A DNA stretch of 64,000 nt from Peribolospora baueri (taxonomy: Eukaryota): positions 1-64,000 of the forward strand of contig JAMDHS010000107.1 in the NCBI GenBank assembly GCA_029717555.1. Direction: 5' to 3'. Positions 25,797-37,993 of this stretch are shown here, one piece after another. The first letter of the stretch is position 1, and each line of letters opens with the position of its first letter. A program made the position numbers and the translations under genes. The notes beneath the pieces were generated by a model. That model was given only the letters and a program-made list of their open reading frames with translations. It was not told the DNA's origin and searched no databases.

Positions 25797-27060
25797 ACGG
25801 GGCGGAGGAGGGCGTAGGCGGAGACGTTGTCGACGTGTAATGATAAATAGAGCGCCGTTTGATAGGCACAGACGGTCTGGACGTCCTCCGTCAACGTGAG
25901 GGGCAGCCGATGCGATGCGTCCTCGTACTCGCCGACGAGGTGAGGTTTTCGGCGGGAGAACGACATCCGGCTCCTACCTTGAAGGGAGCCGTGCCGGCCG
26001 CTGCAAGCATTTCATCAGGCAGTCACCCTCAAGAGGGACCCTGCACTGTTTTCTTTTACCACGCCTGCGAATGGAGGAAGAGAATGTTTTTGACTTCAGA
26101 GGCCCGTGGCGTCCTGTTCGGGCATGAAAGAGAGGAGAGTAGAAGACCAGGTGAAGGAAGGTTGAAGAAAGCGACGTCGAAGGGGATGGTGGGTGATAAG
26201 CCAAACCGGAAAGGGCATAGACGGGAAGTCGGAGCATTTGCTGTGGCATCCCAAACCAATATCGCTGGCGATAGGGCAGGGTAGGGTAGGACGTGGCGGG
26301 GGCGCCGAAGGCTCTGGGCATGCCGGAAGCGTTTGATTCAGTGTGAGGCTTAGGTCGGGGAGATGTTTTCCAACCTTTAAGAAGGGTCGCCATGAACGGG
26401 GCGATTGGAACAAGCACGGCCTTCAGGTTTGTCCCGTGTCCGTGCTGAGGTGAAATCAGAAGCACGAGAAGGATGAATGAGAAAGAAAGCCAAAGCTTGT
26501 AGAAATATCTCCTCGGCCAGCCAGCGCGACGCGGGGTGTGGCCTATCTGGTAAAGACTGGACCTCTCATTCCAAGGGAGGACGAGATAACGGACGGATAA
26601 GAGATGGACAACGAAATAAATGGGTGAATTGAGTGTGCGGAGGAAGGGGATGGGATAAAGAGCGAGGGAGGACTACAGACAAACGAGTTCGCTCTCGGGC
26701 GCACGGCATGCTGGAGGATACGATAAGACGGACGGAAGGACCTGGTATACACGCGCGGTCGAAGGGTGAGAGGAACTAGTGCGGCGCAAAGAAGGAAAAC
26801 GCCGCCGGGGCTGTGTATTTGGAGAGGACGAAAGACGAGGGAGAGAAGGAGGGAGAGAAGGAGGGAGAGAAGGAACGGAGGGTATCAAGGAAGGACGGGC
26901 GGGGAAAGAGGGTAAAGACAGCATGGCATACGTGAGAGACAAGTTGGAAAGACGCTGAAGGCACCTCGTTGCAGGTAGATAAAACGACATGAAGATGGCA
27001 AGAGCGAGAGGAGAGGCGAAAAAAAGACGGCTAGGTGGCGTCGTTCTGTGTGCGATGGAC

Positions 27061-30000
27061 CTAAATGCTGGACTGAAGGAGGTGACCAAAGTATCCAAAG
27101 CCCCTGATCGCCTCAGCAACGACGTTGGACTGGAGGCCCGCTGCTTCGGCTTGGGCACGCAAGGTGGCGTTGGAATGATGTCGGCTGGCGTCGGCGGCGA
27201 TGACGGCTTGGTTGTATCGGGCGATGCGACGGTACAAAGGTTGCATGCTGTCGCGCTCGGCTGACGAGGAGGCGGACAGGCAGGCCAAGCTGTCGACGTG
27301 GCTCAGCAGGGCAACGAGGACCGGACGAAGGTCGTCGCGCCACCAATCGTCGTCATCCGCTCGGGATCTCGACGACGTCTCTTTTGACGGACCGGGAGTG
27401 GCGCGCAACTGGAGGTAGGTCAAGGACGAAAGACACCAACCGAGAGTGACGGAGGCCAAGCCTAGGATGGCCGGGCCGACGCCGGTGGAGAGGAGCGCCG
27501 GCGGATGGTTGGGCACCAAGGTCGCCTTGGGGTCGCTGGTCCGCGAACGCACCGGTCGAAAAGGGTACTCTTCTAGCAGGGCGGCGACGAGATCGACGTA
27601 TCGCTCGACCGTCTCCATGCTGGCGGCTTCAACTTGGGGCAGTCGCTCGAGCCAGAAAAAGAGGCGGACATAGACTATGAGTGGACGGCAGAAGTGAATG
27701 TCTTTGCGCCACGAACGAGGAGCAGAGGAGGGAACCGGAAAGCATATGGTCAAATTTACCAAGAAAACAAACCAGGGTCGCGAACGAGATTCTCCTTGTC
27801 AGACGCTCACCGAAGTCTTCTCGTCGATGGTCCACGGAAGGACCATGACGCGGGTCTGCTCGGCCTCGATCTTCTGTCAGGTCCAAGATTTCGTCCAGTC
27901 GTTCTTCAGGCACCCTCCAGTGCCCTCCCTCAAGCTGAGAGGCGTCGCGTAACAGGCCCAGACGGAGAGCTGCACGGAGCACCTCCTGCTCTGGCGTCTG
28001 CGCCTGCATCCCCGCACGCCGTCTGTGCCGCTCCTCTCCGTCTCCAACGACGAGAGTGCCGGCCATCTCCCGGAGCACTTTGATCGGATCGGACCCGATC
28101 AGGGTGAAGCCCCGTCGCTGGCCGAAGAGCGCAGCGTGCCTTGGCAGGCGCAATTTTTCATTTAACAAGTCGCACCGATCGATCGGCAGGCAGCAGCGCA
28201 GCGGCAGGCAACGTAATGACCGGAAGATTTTCCGTGATCAGCTGCCAGGCCGAACTCGCCGCCGATCACGTCGTCGTCTCCACGCACTCTTCGTCACTTA
28301 CCACCGATCCAACATGAACACGACCGTCTTGCGTCTCGACGCTTGCCCATCCGTTGCCTGCACCATGTCCACGGCGTGGACTAGGAGGCCCTCGAACGGG
28401 TGGCCTCTCCTGAAGCTGTCGAGGTAGCTCAGGACGAGCGCGTCGATCTCCGAGTGGCCCGACGTCAGATGCCGCTCCGGGGCGTAGGGGCCAGGGCCAG
28501 GGCCGGAATTGAGGCTGGAGCAGGAGTTGCAGTTGGGAAGGAGATTGAGGATGCCGCCGGTGACGCATTGGCCGGCGATATCGGCGATCTGCTTCCGCCA
28601 CCGCAGAGGCGCGGGATCAGGGTTCGGCCAGCGCCGGGGGTCGGAAGCGAGCGTGGGCTCGCTGCCGCCGCCGAGGTTCTCGGTGATGAGGAAGAGTGCG
28701 TCGTTGCCATGGAGAAGAAAAGGCTTGTCAGGAGGTGGGAGGATTGGAAAGGTGGCCTGCAGGTCGGAGGCGTAGAAGACGGCGCGGGCAGACAAGATGG
28801 TCGCTTCGGGAGCGAGAACTCTCGAAGGGTTCTCCTGAGGTGCGGGGGAGGCAGAAAAGACGCCGATGCCACACGATGAGGTACCATCTAAGCATCTGTG
28901 GTGTTCTGTAAGTGGGTTTTTCGGAAAATCCGAAGGAGGTGCCCTCTCTGCTGATGACCTCGACGTCCCCGCAGGCGTCGACCGCCAAGCTGGGCGAGTG
29001 CCACCTTCCTGCGACAAGTTGCTCGAAGAAGATCCTGCGTTTACCCATCGGGAAAATAGACGGGCGCGCCGGCGAGCCAGATCGTGCGTACGCCTGAAGA
29101 AGGGAACAGGTGAGCGGCGGATGCGAACAAACTCAGAGAGAAAGCGTCATCACACTCACGTGCGTACCGTTGCCCTTCCTCCTTCTGCCGACTGCTCCAT
29201 ATACTCGCACAAAAGGCCAAGTCGCGTGCAGTTGGAGCAAGGCTTTAACACGACCAACGACTTTTTGACGTGCACGAAAACAATCTCATTCTGAGGGACG
29301 TCGTCCGCAACGGCCGCCGTCGACGATTCGGAGCTACTTCCCGAGCTGCTCACAACCGAGGAGATGCCCACATCCTCTGGCAAGCCGCTAATAGCGTCGC
29401 ATCTGAAGTGGGGCGGATGGAGGAGATGTCGCGATGGGAGAAAGAGAAACCGACGTGTCATCAACACACACGGAAGACGAGCGTGCTCGGTCGCCGACCG
29501 CTGCGCACTCACTTTTTCTTCTTCCTCCGACAATGGTCGCAGGCCCTACTGACCCTCGCCGGACTGATCCTCGGTCTCTTCGGGTCCCTCGCCGGTCCTC
29601 CTCGCTCTTGCTCCTCGGCTGAGCCTTCACTACTGCTTCCGCCGTGCGTCTCTTCAGATCCGGTACCGACGACGCTGCCGCTGTCGACGTCCATGGAAAC
29701 AGGCAGTCGGTGAGATTCAGAAGCGAGCCCAACTAGCGACGGGGGCAAATGTGGTTGTGGATGGGGTTGGGCATATTGGAAATGTGCCTCTGAAGGGGGA
29801 CAGGATGGAAATTGGTCCTGTCGCTGCTGTGTGGGCATGGAAGGAACGGGGAAGGGACGGCTGCCGGGCAAAGGGGCAGAAGGGTGGCCCGGCCCATGGG
29901 TGGGCTCGGAGGGCGGCCCAGAAGCGGTGACGTCCTCGTTGCTGACAGCGATGCCGTGCGGGCCTTGGACGGGCATCCACACGAGCGGCGTTGGAGTGGG

Positions 30001-30876
30001 TATGTGTTGGGAAGGGACACGGTGTCCTCGGGCGACATCATCGCCTCCACCATCGACTTGGCTGTCGTTGCTCGCGCTTCTCCGGCTGGGATGGGTTGGA
30101 GAGGGCGAGCCGAGGTCCATGCCCCTGTCCATGTCGGATGCTGGGGCTGGAACCGACGGAAGAGGTGGAAGTGAAGTCTCCGTCAATGCAGCCGGTAGGT
30201 GTCGTTCGATGCGGGTAGGCAGGTCGCCAGGAACAGAAGCACCGGCTTGGTCGTGCACTGTGGACGTGTGCATCGCAGGGAGAGGCGGTCCTCTCCAGCC
30301 GTAGAGCGGGGGTGGCGGATGCGATCCGAGAAAACTTGACGACGAAGAAGGTCGACTACTCCACGCCGGAGGCGGAAGGAGCACAGCGGCGGCGGAGGCG
30401 GCGTCTGGAGTAGAGGGAACGAAGGAGCAGTTTCTCGGAGGCATGAGCGACCGCGTCGACTCCGGACTCCTCCAGCGCAAGACTATATCTCCGTCCTCGT
30501 CCTCAGCGCTGCGAGGCCGTTGTCCTGGGATGCTCTCGAGCGAGAGCGACCGCAGTGGTGGAAGAGTAGGGCGGCATGGGGCCGGCGCTCGGTCACTCCG
30601 GTGCCGCTCCTGCGAGGTGGCCGGATGGGAGAGAGGCGGAAGCAGGTGGTTGGCCTGTGTAGAGGCGGACGTGATGAAAGCAGAGGGTGGCAGAAGGTGG
30701 TGAGTGGTTGCACAGGGTGTGGACGAGGATGGTCGAGGCCGGACGTCCGTCGAGGCGGCGTCCTGAGGTGGGTTCTGACTTGATGGCGTGGACGCGGGGG
30801 AAGGCGACGACGACGAACGTTCGTCGTTCGCCGGTTCGCGGCGTGACCGCTCGTCATCTCCGGGATCGTCAGCCAT
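27061..30876 (-). CDS. Zn(II)2Cys6 fungal transcription factor with long disordered N-terminus
   Basis: RVSRACDHCRRKK|CD...PCSNCTRLGLLCEY, followed by exons resembling the fungal TF middle region (LSYLDSFRRGHPF; LYRRIARY); 3' end uncertain. Confidence 0.8.
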
Positions 30877-33800
30877 GCTCGACCGGCGTACCGCTGTGAT
30901 GCCGGAAAACGCAAACCCGAGCAGACATAAGAAGTCAAGTCAAGAGCGGCACGGATGGGGACGCACGCAAGCCGTCTCCCGTGGGTACGGTGACATCGCA
31001 AAGGCCAAGACAACGTACCAGTGCGTCTCGAGCGTTCGAGCGACGGGACGGTCGTGGCGGTCAGAACGAGGGAGGGGATCGTTGATGGTAGGCGGCCTGG
31101 GCGAGGAGACGGACGACGAGCGTCTCTTCCGGAGATCGGTTTTTCGCTCTAGCGAGCCGGTATCAGTGGTGAAAGGTACCGACGCAACACGGGCAGTCGA
31201 GGCGAGGCCAGACCCAACGGGACGACGTGCGTTTTTCGGTGGGTCGCCTTTTTATCTCTGCGCCAGTAACGGGGTCGCCAGCGTCACGTCTCGGAGAGAG
31301 GAGGCGTGTTGTTTTCCTTGAGAGTGCTCGGCGGTGGGACGTGTGGGAGTGCGCTCGCTGCGGGACGGCCGGCGGTGGACAGACGACGAGCAAGGCGAGG
31401 GACAAGGACAAGAGACAACAGACGCAGATGCAAACGCAGACGGCAGACAACAGACGGTAGAGCACAAACAAACAACAAAAACAACAAGCAGGACGAGACG
31501 CGTTGAGTTCGGCGCTTTTTTTATCGGAAGGGCGGCCGGCTGTCCGAGGGGGGGAGGCGTGTGGTGTGGGAGCAGGAAACGAAGAAGCGAGTTGGTGGGG
31601 GCGCTGGGTTCGGCAGGGCGAGGAAGACTATGATGTTGCCGGGTGGGTCGTTTGTGATTTGGGTCTTGGATGTGAGGGAAGGAAAGAAGCTGGAGACTCG
31701 TGTCCGCCTGGACTGTGCGGGTGGGGGAGGCGGTGGTGGCGTCGGCGTGGAGGGGAGGTTGGGGGACGGAGAGTGGGAAAGGCAGGGTAAGGCAAGGTGA
31801 TATGAGTCAAGGGCGAGGCGAGGCAGAGCAGCGGCTCTCACGGTTTTGCGGATCAAGGCAAATTTGAGAGGTGCGGAGAGGAGCGAGGGAAGGAGGGAGG
31901 GAGGATGGTGACGAGGCGGACAAAGAGGGATATATGCTATATACGGCCCTCGCCATGGCCACGCAGAACCGTTCACCGACCGACGCTCACCGACACGGTG
32001 ACGAGCGAACGAGCAGAGCAAGGCCGATGCCCAACGAGCCATGAGCCAGAAAGGGCGACCGACGACATAGACAACACACGACAACTTGGTCTCCAACGTA
32101 CTTCCCTCACGCCGCACCTCCTCCATCGACGCCCAATCGTCGGAGCCGGACCCGGCCAAACAAACACAGCCTGCGCCCGAAAGGACATACGCGAACGCCC
32201 AACCTTGCTCGACCCTCGGGGCCTTCGGGGCACATAGGCCACGCTAGACAACGCTCGCCCTCTCTCGGAGCTTTTTCGTCTTTGCCTCTTGCGTTTGCGT
32301 CTCGCGTCTTGCGCCGCCCGCCTCCCGCCTCCATTGTCGAGCTACTCGCCAACAGAACGACGATCGGGAGACGGATCGGGACGGAAGAGTTAGAGGGCGG
32401 GACGGGACGGGACTAGAGCGCGCGCTCACGCAGGCGGGCGAGCCGTTATCGTGGTCCGTTTGCTCCAGAGGGACAAGATTTGTACATGGGTGACGGCGAG
32501 AGAGATAGCCGTAGGTCGTAGTTTGTAGTACATGCGTGCACGCATGTTTGCGACGGCGTCGCTCGAGGTGGGCTATGAACGGGCCTGGCTGGATGCTGGG
32601 ACGCTGGGGAGGGATGGGTGGGCGGACGGAGGGGCACCGTCGGCTCGTTCCTCCATCTCGAGCTTGGTTTGCTCGTCTGTCTACGCAAGGGATAAGACTA
32701 CGTATACGGTGTGACGACGCGTTGTAGGAGATGCAACAACGACGGCCCGGCCCTGCGTTCGCCCAGCACTGGCCTCTCCTCGCTCCTTTCTTCTCGCCTT
32801 CCTTCACACCACCACCGTCGCCATCCATCGCCTCGGCCAGAACGAAGGACGAGGGCGGGTGGGTGACACATGCAGCCAGCCGATCCAAGGACGCCTCCGC
32901 CTCGCGCACAGGCCATCTCTCCACGACCATCACGCGATCGTCTCCGTCCCGTGCCGCCCAGTCGACTCCAGTTGCGCCGACGCCGAGACGCCGACGCCGC
33001 GCCGTGAGCGAGCGACTCGGATAACTCCAAGCGCGGGCAAAAGCCATGCCGTGTGTCACATCGGCGTGTAGCAGCCACGGCGCTTTGCACTCCTCCACTT
33101 TATGCAGTGCATAAAGTACGTGCAGCACATGCATACAAAGACATCACAGGCGTCCACACATACGCCCGCGCGCGTAGTCCCGGCGCCCTTCAACAGTCCC
33201 ATGATGGAAGCTTCTCGCGATGCCGTCCTTCATCCAACCTTCCTGGCCACGCGAATCCGTGGGGATGGCCTGCTCTCTGAACGCTTTGCCTTCCAACAAA
33301 CCCTTCCCTCTCGCACGCACGATAGTACGACACGACGCGACGCGAGGCGGCGAAACCTGGACGACGTGGCGCGATACGGCCCGACAGTCTTCACGGGGGC
33401 CACAGCGGTCTACGGAAGAAGAGGAGGCAAGATGTGACGCCCATCCGGGGTTTAGCACGAACGAGCATCGGATCGGGGGCCAAGGTTGGCTCTGGCTCTG
33501 GCTCCGGTGGAGCTTGTCGACGTACACATCAAACTGTCGTGATGACAACCAGGACGAGGACAGTACACCCGCGCCGCGGGGAGGTGGGGATGGCGGCCGG
33601 CCGGCGTTCCGACGCAACATTGGAGCGAAGGAGACGGGACAAGGACAAGGGTAGACAGACGGCTGTGCATGTGTACATGATACGTGCATATAGATAGACA
33701 TACATGTACATGCAGCGAATGAAAGACAAAGGGGAGCGAGAAGAGCGATGGGCCATCATGACGTCCCGGTCGCCAACGTTGAACCAACGTGAACGTCTCG

Positions 33801-34837
33801 CGTGAATTGCGTGCGGCGCGGTTGGGATCGAAGGAGCGCAACCGCAATTGCAATCGCAATTGCAATCCGCATCCTAAACTTTGTCCCTGCCTGCCGCCTG
33901 CCGCCGCCACCGCCGTCGCCTCCGCTCGATGATGAATGAATGAATGAATGAATGGAAGAAAGGAGGCTTGACGGCGGCGACGGTGACGGCAATGACGATA
34001 AAGTCTTCCTCATGGCATCCAATATCACCGCTAACCGGCCAGCCCATCCCGGGACAGTCTGTCTGTCTGGTCGTCTCTTGTCGTCTCGTCGGTCGCCGAC
34101 CCGGAACGTCCATTGCATTTTCGCACTACGTACGACGACCGACGACCGACTACGATTCCGACGCCGACTCCCAAGGGCCAATCAATCAACCAAGGCTCAA
34201 CGATTCCCCTCGCCCCGCCTCGTCTCGTCATGCCGTCGTTTCCCACTCACCTATCTCACCATCACCCTCGCTGTGCCGCGCCGCGTCGCCCATACTTTCT
34301 CGCCCCCTTCACTTACCGTCCCAATCCACCGGGTCACCTCTTCGCCCTTCTTCTTTGGCCCCCCCTAGCTCTTTTCCAAATCCGAATGGATGGATCGCCT
34401 CGGATCAAGTCAGTTCAAATCAGATCAGATCAGATCAGATCAGGTCAGGTCAGGTCATCAGAGTCAGCAGCGACGTCAGCCCAACCCGTAAAGAGACGGT
34501 CGGTCAGTCATGTTTTCAGCGAAAAAAAAACAAAATACGGACGGAAGAGAGAGGAAGAAATGAAGGCGCCGGTCAGAACGAGAAAGGGAAAAGCAGGAGC
34601 GGTCGAGGGCGCAGAGTAAGTGACATGAGGCGGAACCACGTTGGTTTCGCGGGGATCATCGCGCGTCATGTCGTGCATGCCATGTCGGTTAGGTCAGGTT
34701 AAGGTGAGGGTGAGGGTGAGTCAACCGAGCGCGGGTTCATGACGAGGCCGTGCACACGTCGACCGACGGACTTGTGAGTAACGGCGGCACTACCTCTTCG
34801 CCAACCCTCCCCTCCACCCAAAGCTACGACGAGATGA

Positions 34838-37146
34838 TCACTGAGCCTGAGAGCCAGATCCGGGCGCCGCCGCCGCCGCCTGCTGTCGATAGTACTCCTC
34901 CCACGCCGCCGTGTAATCCGGCTGCCCGTCCGCGCCAGCCGTCGCGCCACCTCCTCCTCCAGGTGCTGCTGCTGCTGCCCCTTGGCCCTGAGCAGCGGCC
35001 GCAACGGGATCCGAGTATCCTTGCTGACGGTAATACTGAACGAAAAGAAAAGAAGAAAAAAAAGTACAATCGGTTCAGCGGTCCACGCACGCATCGCCGA
35101 ATCGCCGAGTCCGACCGATTCTAGAACACACACCTCCTCCCAAGCCTTGGTGTAGTCTGGCTGCTGGCCATCAGCGCCTTGCTGAGGCTGGCCGTAGTAT
35201 CCGCCCTGATCGTACCCTCCGTACCCTCCCTGTTGGGGAGCGCCGCCGTAGCCCATCCCGGGCCTACCAGCGCGAGGGCCATAACCGCTATCCTGCGGCT
35301 GGAACGGCGGCTGTCCATAGCCGCCACCGCCTCCTCCAAATCCACCGCGGAAGCCCCCACGACCGCGGCCACCGAACCCGCCGCGGCCAAATCCGCCGCC
35401 GCCGCTACCGCCAAAGTTGGGCTGCTGCCACACAGCTGGGTTGCGCCAAGGAGGGACGCCCCCGCTGGGCCGGGGAGGACCATCAGGTTGCTCGCCGCCA
35501 GCGGCCCAAGGAGGCGGCTTGGGCGCACCATCAGGGCTGGTGGAGCCGGGAGCGCCTTCGATGGTGCGACCGACGCCGCCATCGCCGCCGCCGCTGAAGC
35601 CAGGTCCGCCCTCACCGAGTTCGGCCATGAGGCTCGCGTACTCCGAATCAAACTGACTCCGAACGGGATCACCACCGGGACCGGCACGGGGACCAAAACC
35701 GGGCGGCCCACCGGGTCCCCCCATACGCGCTTGGGTACAGTCGCGCGCCAAGTGACCCTGTCCGCCACAGCGATGACAAATGATGTGGGCCGTCCAGTTG
35801 CGCTCCTGCGGGCACTCGAACTTGCGGTGTCCCTTCTCGCCGCAGTTCTGGCAGATCTGGTTCTCGTCGTCGCGCAGCGTGCCGTTGAGGGCGGCCAACT
35901 CTCTGAGTTGGTTGCGCTTGTGGTCGTTCTGGCCCTCGGGGGTGGAAGCGGCCTGAAAATGGTCAGGAAAAAGGGGTGAGTCGAGTCGAGTCGAGCGTAC
36001 GGAGGATGAAAGACAGAGAAAGAAGAGGCGACGCTCACGGTCTCAATGACCTCGTTAATCAACTTGACACAAAGTTTGACCTTGGCTTCGTCGTCGGCCA
36101 TGACGACGCAGTGCATCTCCTCTTCCTCATCCTCCACCCCCGACCTCCCCTTGCCCTCCTTCACGCTCCCTCGTCCACGGATGCTGATCTTGGCGCCCGA
36201 CTCCCTCTCCATCTTCTTCAAGCTATTGCCTCGAGGCCCAACAAGGAGGCCGAAAAAGTTGATCTCTGGAAACTCTTTGATGGGTAGAAACACCTTCTCT
36301 TGCGGCCGTTGCTGACGCTTGGCCGCGTGGTACTCTGCCGGCGGTCGGAAGTTGGCGTCACGCGACATGGCACGCTCGACGAGACGAACGCGTTCGTCCT
36401 CGAGCTTCTTGCGGTATCGCACCTCGCGCGTGTTCGTCCGGCGACCGTGTGCATCATAGGTGGGCGGTGGCGACGGAGATCTGGGGGGACGTAGGCGAAT
36501 ATGAACATGCCTTTGTCTTTAGGTCGACCGTGCCCGTGCGTTTTCCAGCTCACCTTTCTCGCTCAGGCGGCACAAATTCACCCGATCGAAGCTTGCGATT
36601 GATTTCCTCGAGGCGGAGAAGAACTGGAGACAGGAGCGGGCTTTGTCAATCAATTCACGACAGCGCAAGGCAAGTGTACGACGAGAGCTCACTAGCGTAG
36701 TTGTCCAGCTCCTCCTTGGAGACTTGACCTGTGATGGCCGTCGGAAGACCGGCGATGTCGACTTTTTCACTCGCGTCGCCCCAGCGCGAACGTCGCTTGC
36801 GTGGAGCGGTGGCTTATGGAGTGTGGAAAGCAGAGACGGAGGTCAGCCCAAGTCCATCTTCGACGTGGCTCTCCATGAGCGGTCGGGACGCGGAAGGGAG
36901 CCACTCACGATCCGCCGTGGAGCTCGCCGTCTCTTCCCTCTCTCTCTTGACGCCGCCCAGAGAAGGCGCGGGGACGGACGAGCCGAGCGGAGGGGGCAGA
37001 GGGAGGGCGGCAGCAAGGCCATCTCCATTCGTGCCCGGGGGTGGCGAAAAGCCGGGGGGAGCGTCCTCGGGGGAGCCGCCCCAGCGACGGCGGTTGCCGA
37101 GCTCGGACTCGTTGGCGCCGGTGCGCTGTGCGTTGCTGCGCCACAT
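34838..37146 (-). CDS. MSL5: Branchpoint-bridging protein / splicing factor 1 (BBP/SF1)
   Basis: [34 protein letters not shown]2 ([19 protein letters not shown]...[14 protein letters not shown]), two CCHC zinc knuckles, [15 protein letters not shown]. Confidence 0.95.
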
Positions 37147-37920
37147 GTGTGAGGTGTGAGCGGTGCGTAGGGTTCGCCTGGATCTGATTGATGGACGAGG
37201 AGGGATCCGATGCGTTCAACGGGTCCGACTCGACGGTGGTGCGACGCGAAGGTGACGGGGCGTGGGAACTCGCAGAGTTAACCCTAACCCCACTCTACTG
37301 CCCGTCTTCCTGCCGTTGCGCCGTCGCTCGGTCATCTCTGCCCGCATGCCGGCCGTCTGGTGCCACAGAGGGGAGACGAGAGAAGACGGAAGAAGACGGA
37401 GACGAGCAAAACGGTTTATCCGTGCACTCGCAGGCGGCTGGGAAGCTGGCGGGCTGACTGGCTGGTTTGGTCGGCGTTTGCTCGTGTGCCGAGCCAGTCA
37501 GCCGGAAGGGACCGCGTCGACGACGAGTGCCGCAGTCGGTTTTGTCTTTGATCGGGTCCTTTTCCCCACATCGACGGCCGCGGGGTTAGCGGTTTGAGCG
37601 TGTATGAAATGGGTCAGCACGCTGTGATTGGCAAGCACTTACAGGTCACATCAACGTCCGTCTAATTGTCGCAGCCCACGTGAGTTCCACGTCGATGAAG
37701 GAATGACTGGCTCATCAACGTCAAGCCGGCGCAGGGATCCGTCGACGCAGTTGGCTGACTTGACTGGACGCACTGACGGAGGGACGGAGGAGCAGGAGCG
37801 GACGGAGGACTGGACTGCAATGCACTGACTTTGACTGTACCGAGGACGTCAGACTCAGACTCACACCGCGCTGACCGCCCTTGCCTCGTCTCGCCTCGCC
37901 TTCCTCGCGGGGAACAAGCA

Positions 37921-37926
37921 TATAAG
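37921..37926 (+). promoter_or_regulatory. TATA box upstream of CYP53
   Basis: TATAAG ~70 nt before ATG 37994, followed by a pyrimidine-rich leader. Confidence 0.5.
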
Positions 37927-37993
37927 GCCGCCTCCTCCCCACCACCCCCGCCGTCGCCCTCCCTCGCTCACCCTTCCATCCATCTCGCCCACC

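Noticed and set aside
32244..33134. 296-aa minus-strand ORF
   Set aside because: No recognisable domain and no convincing splice structure; likely a chance ORF in GC-rich DNA
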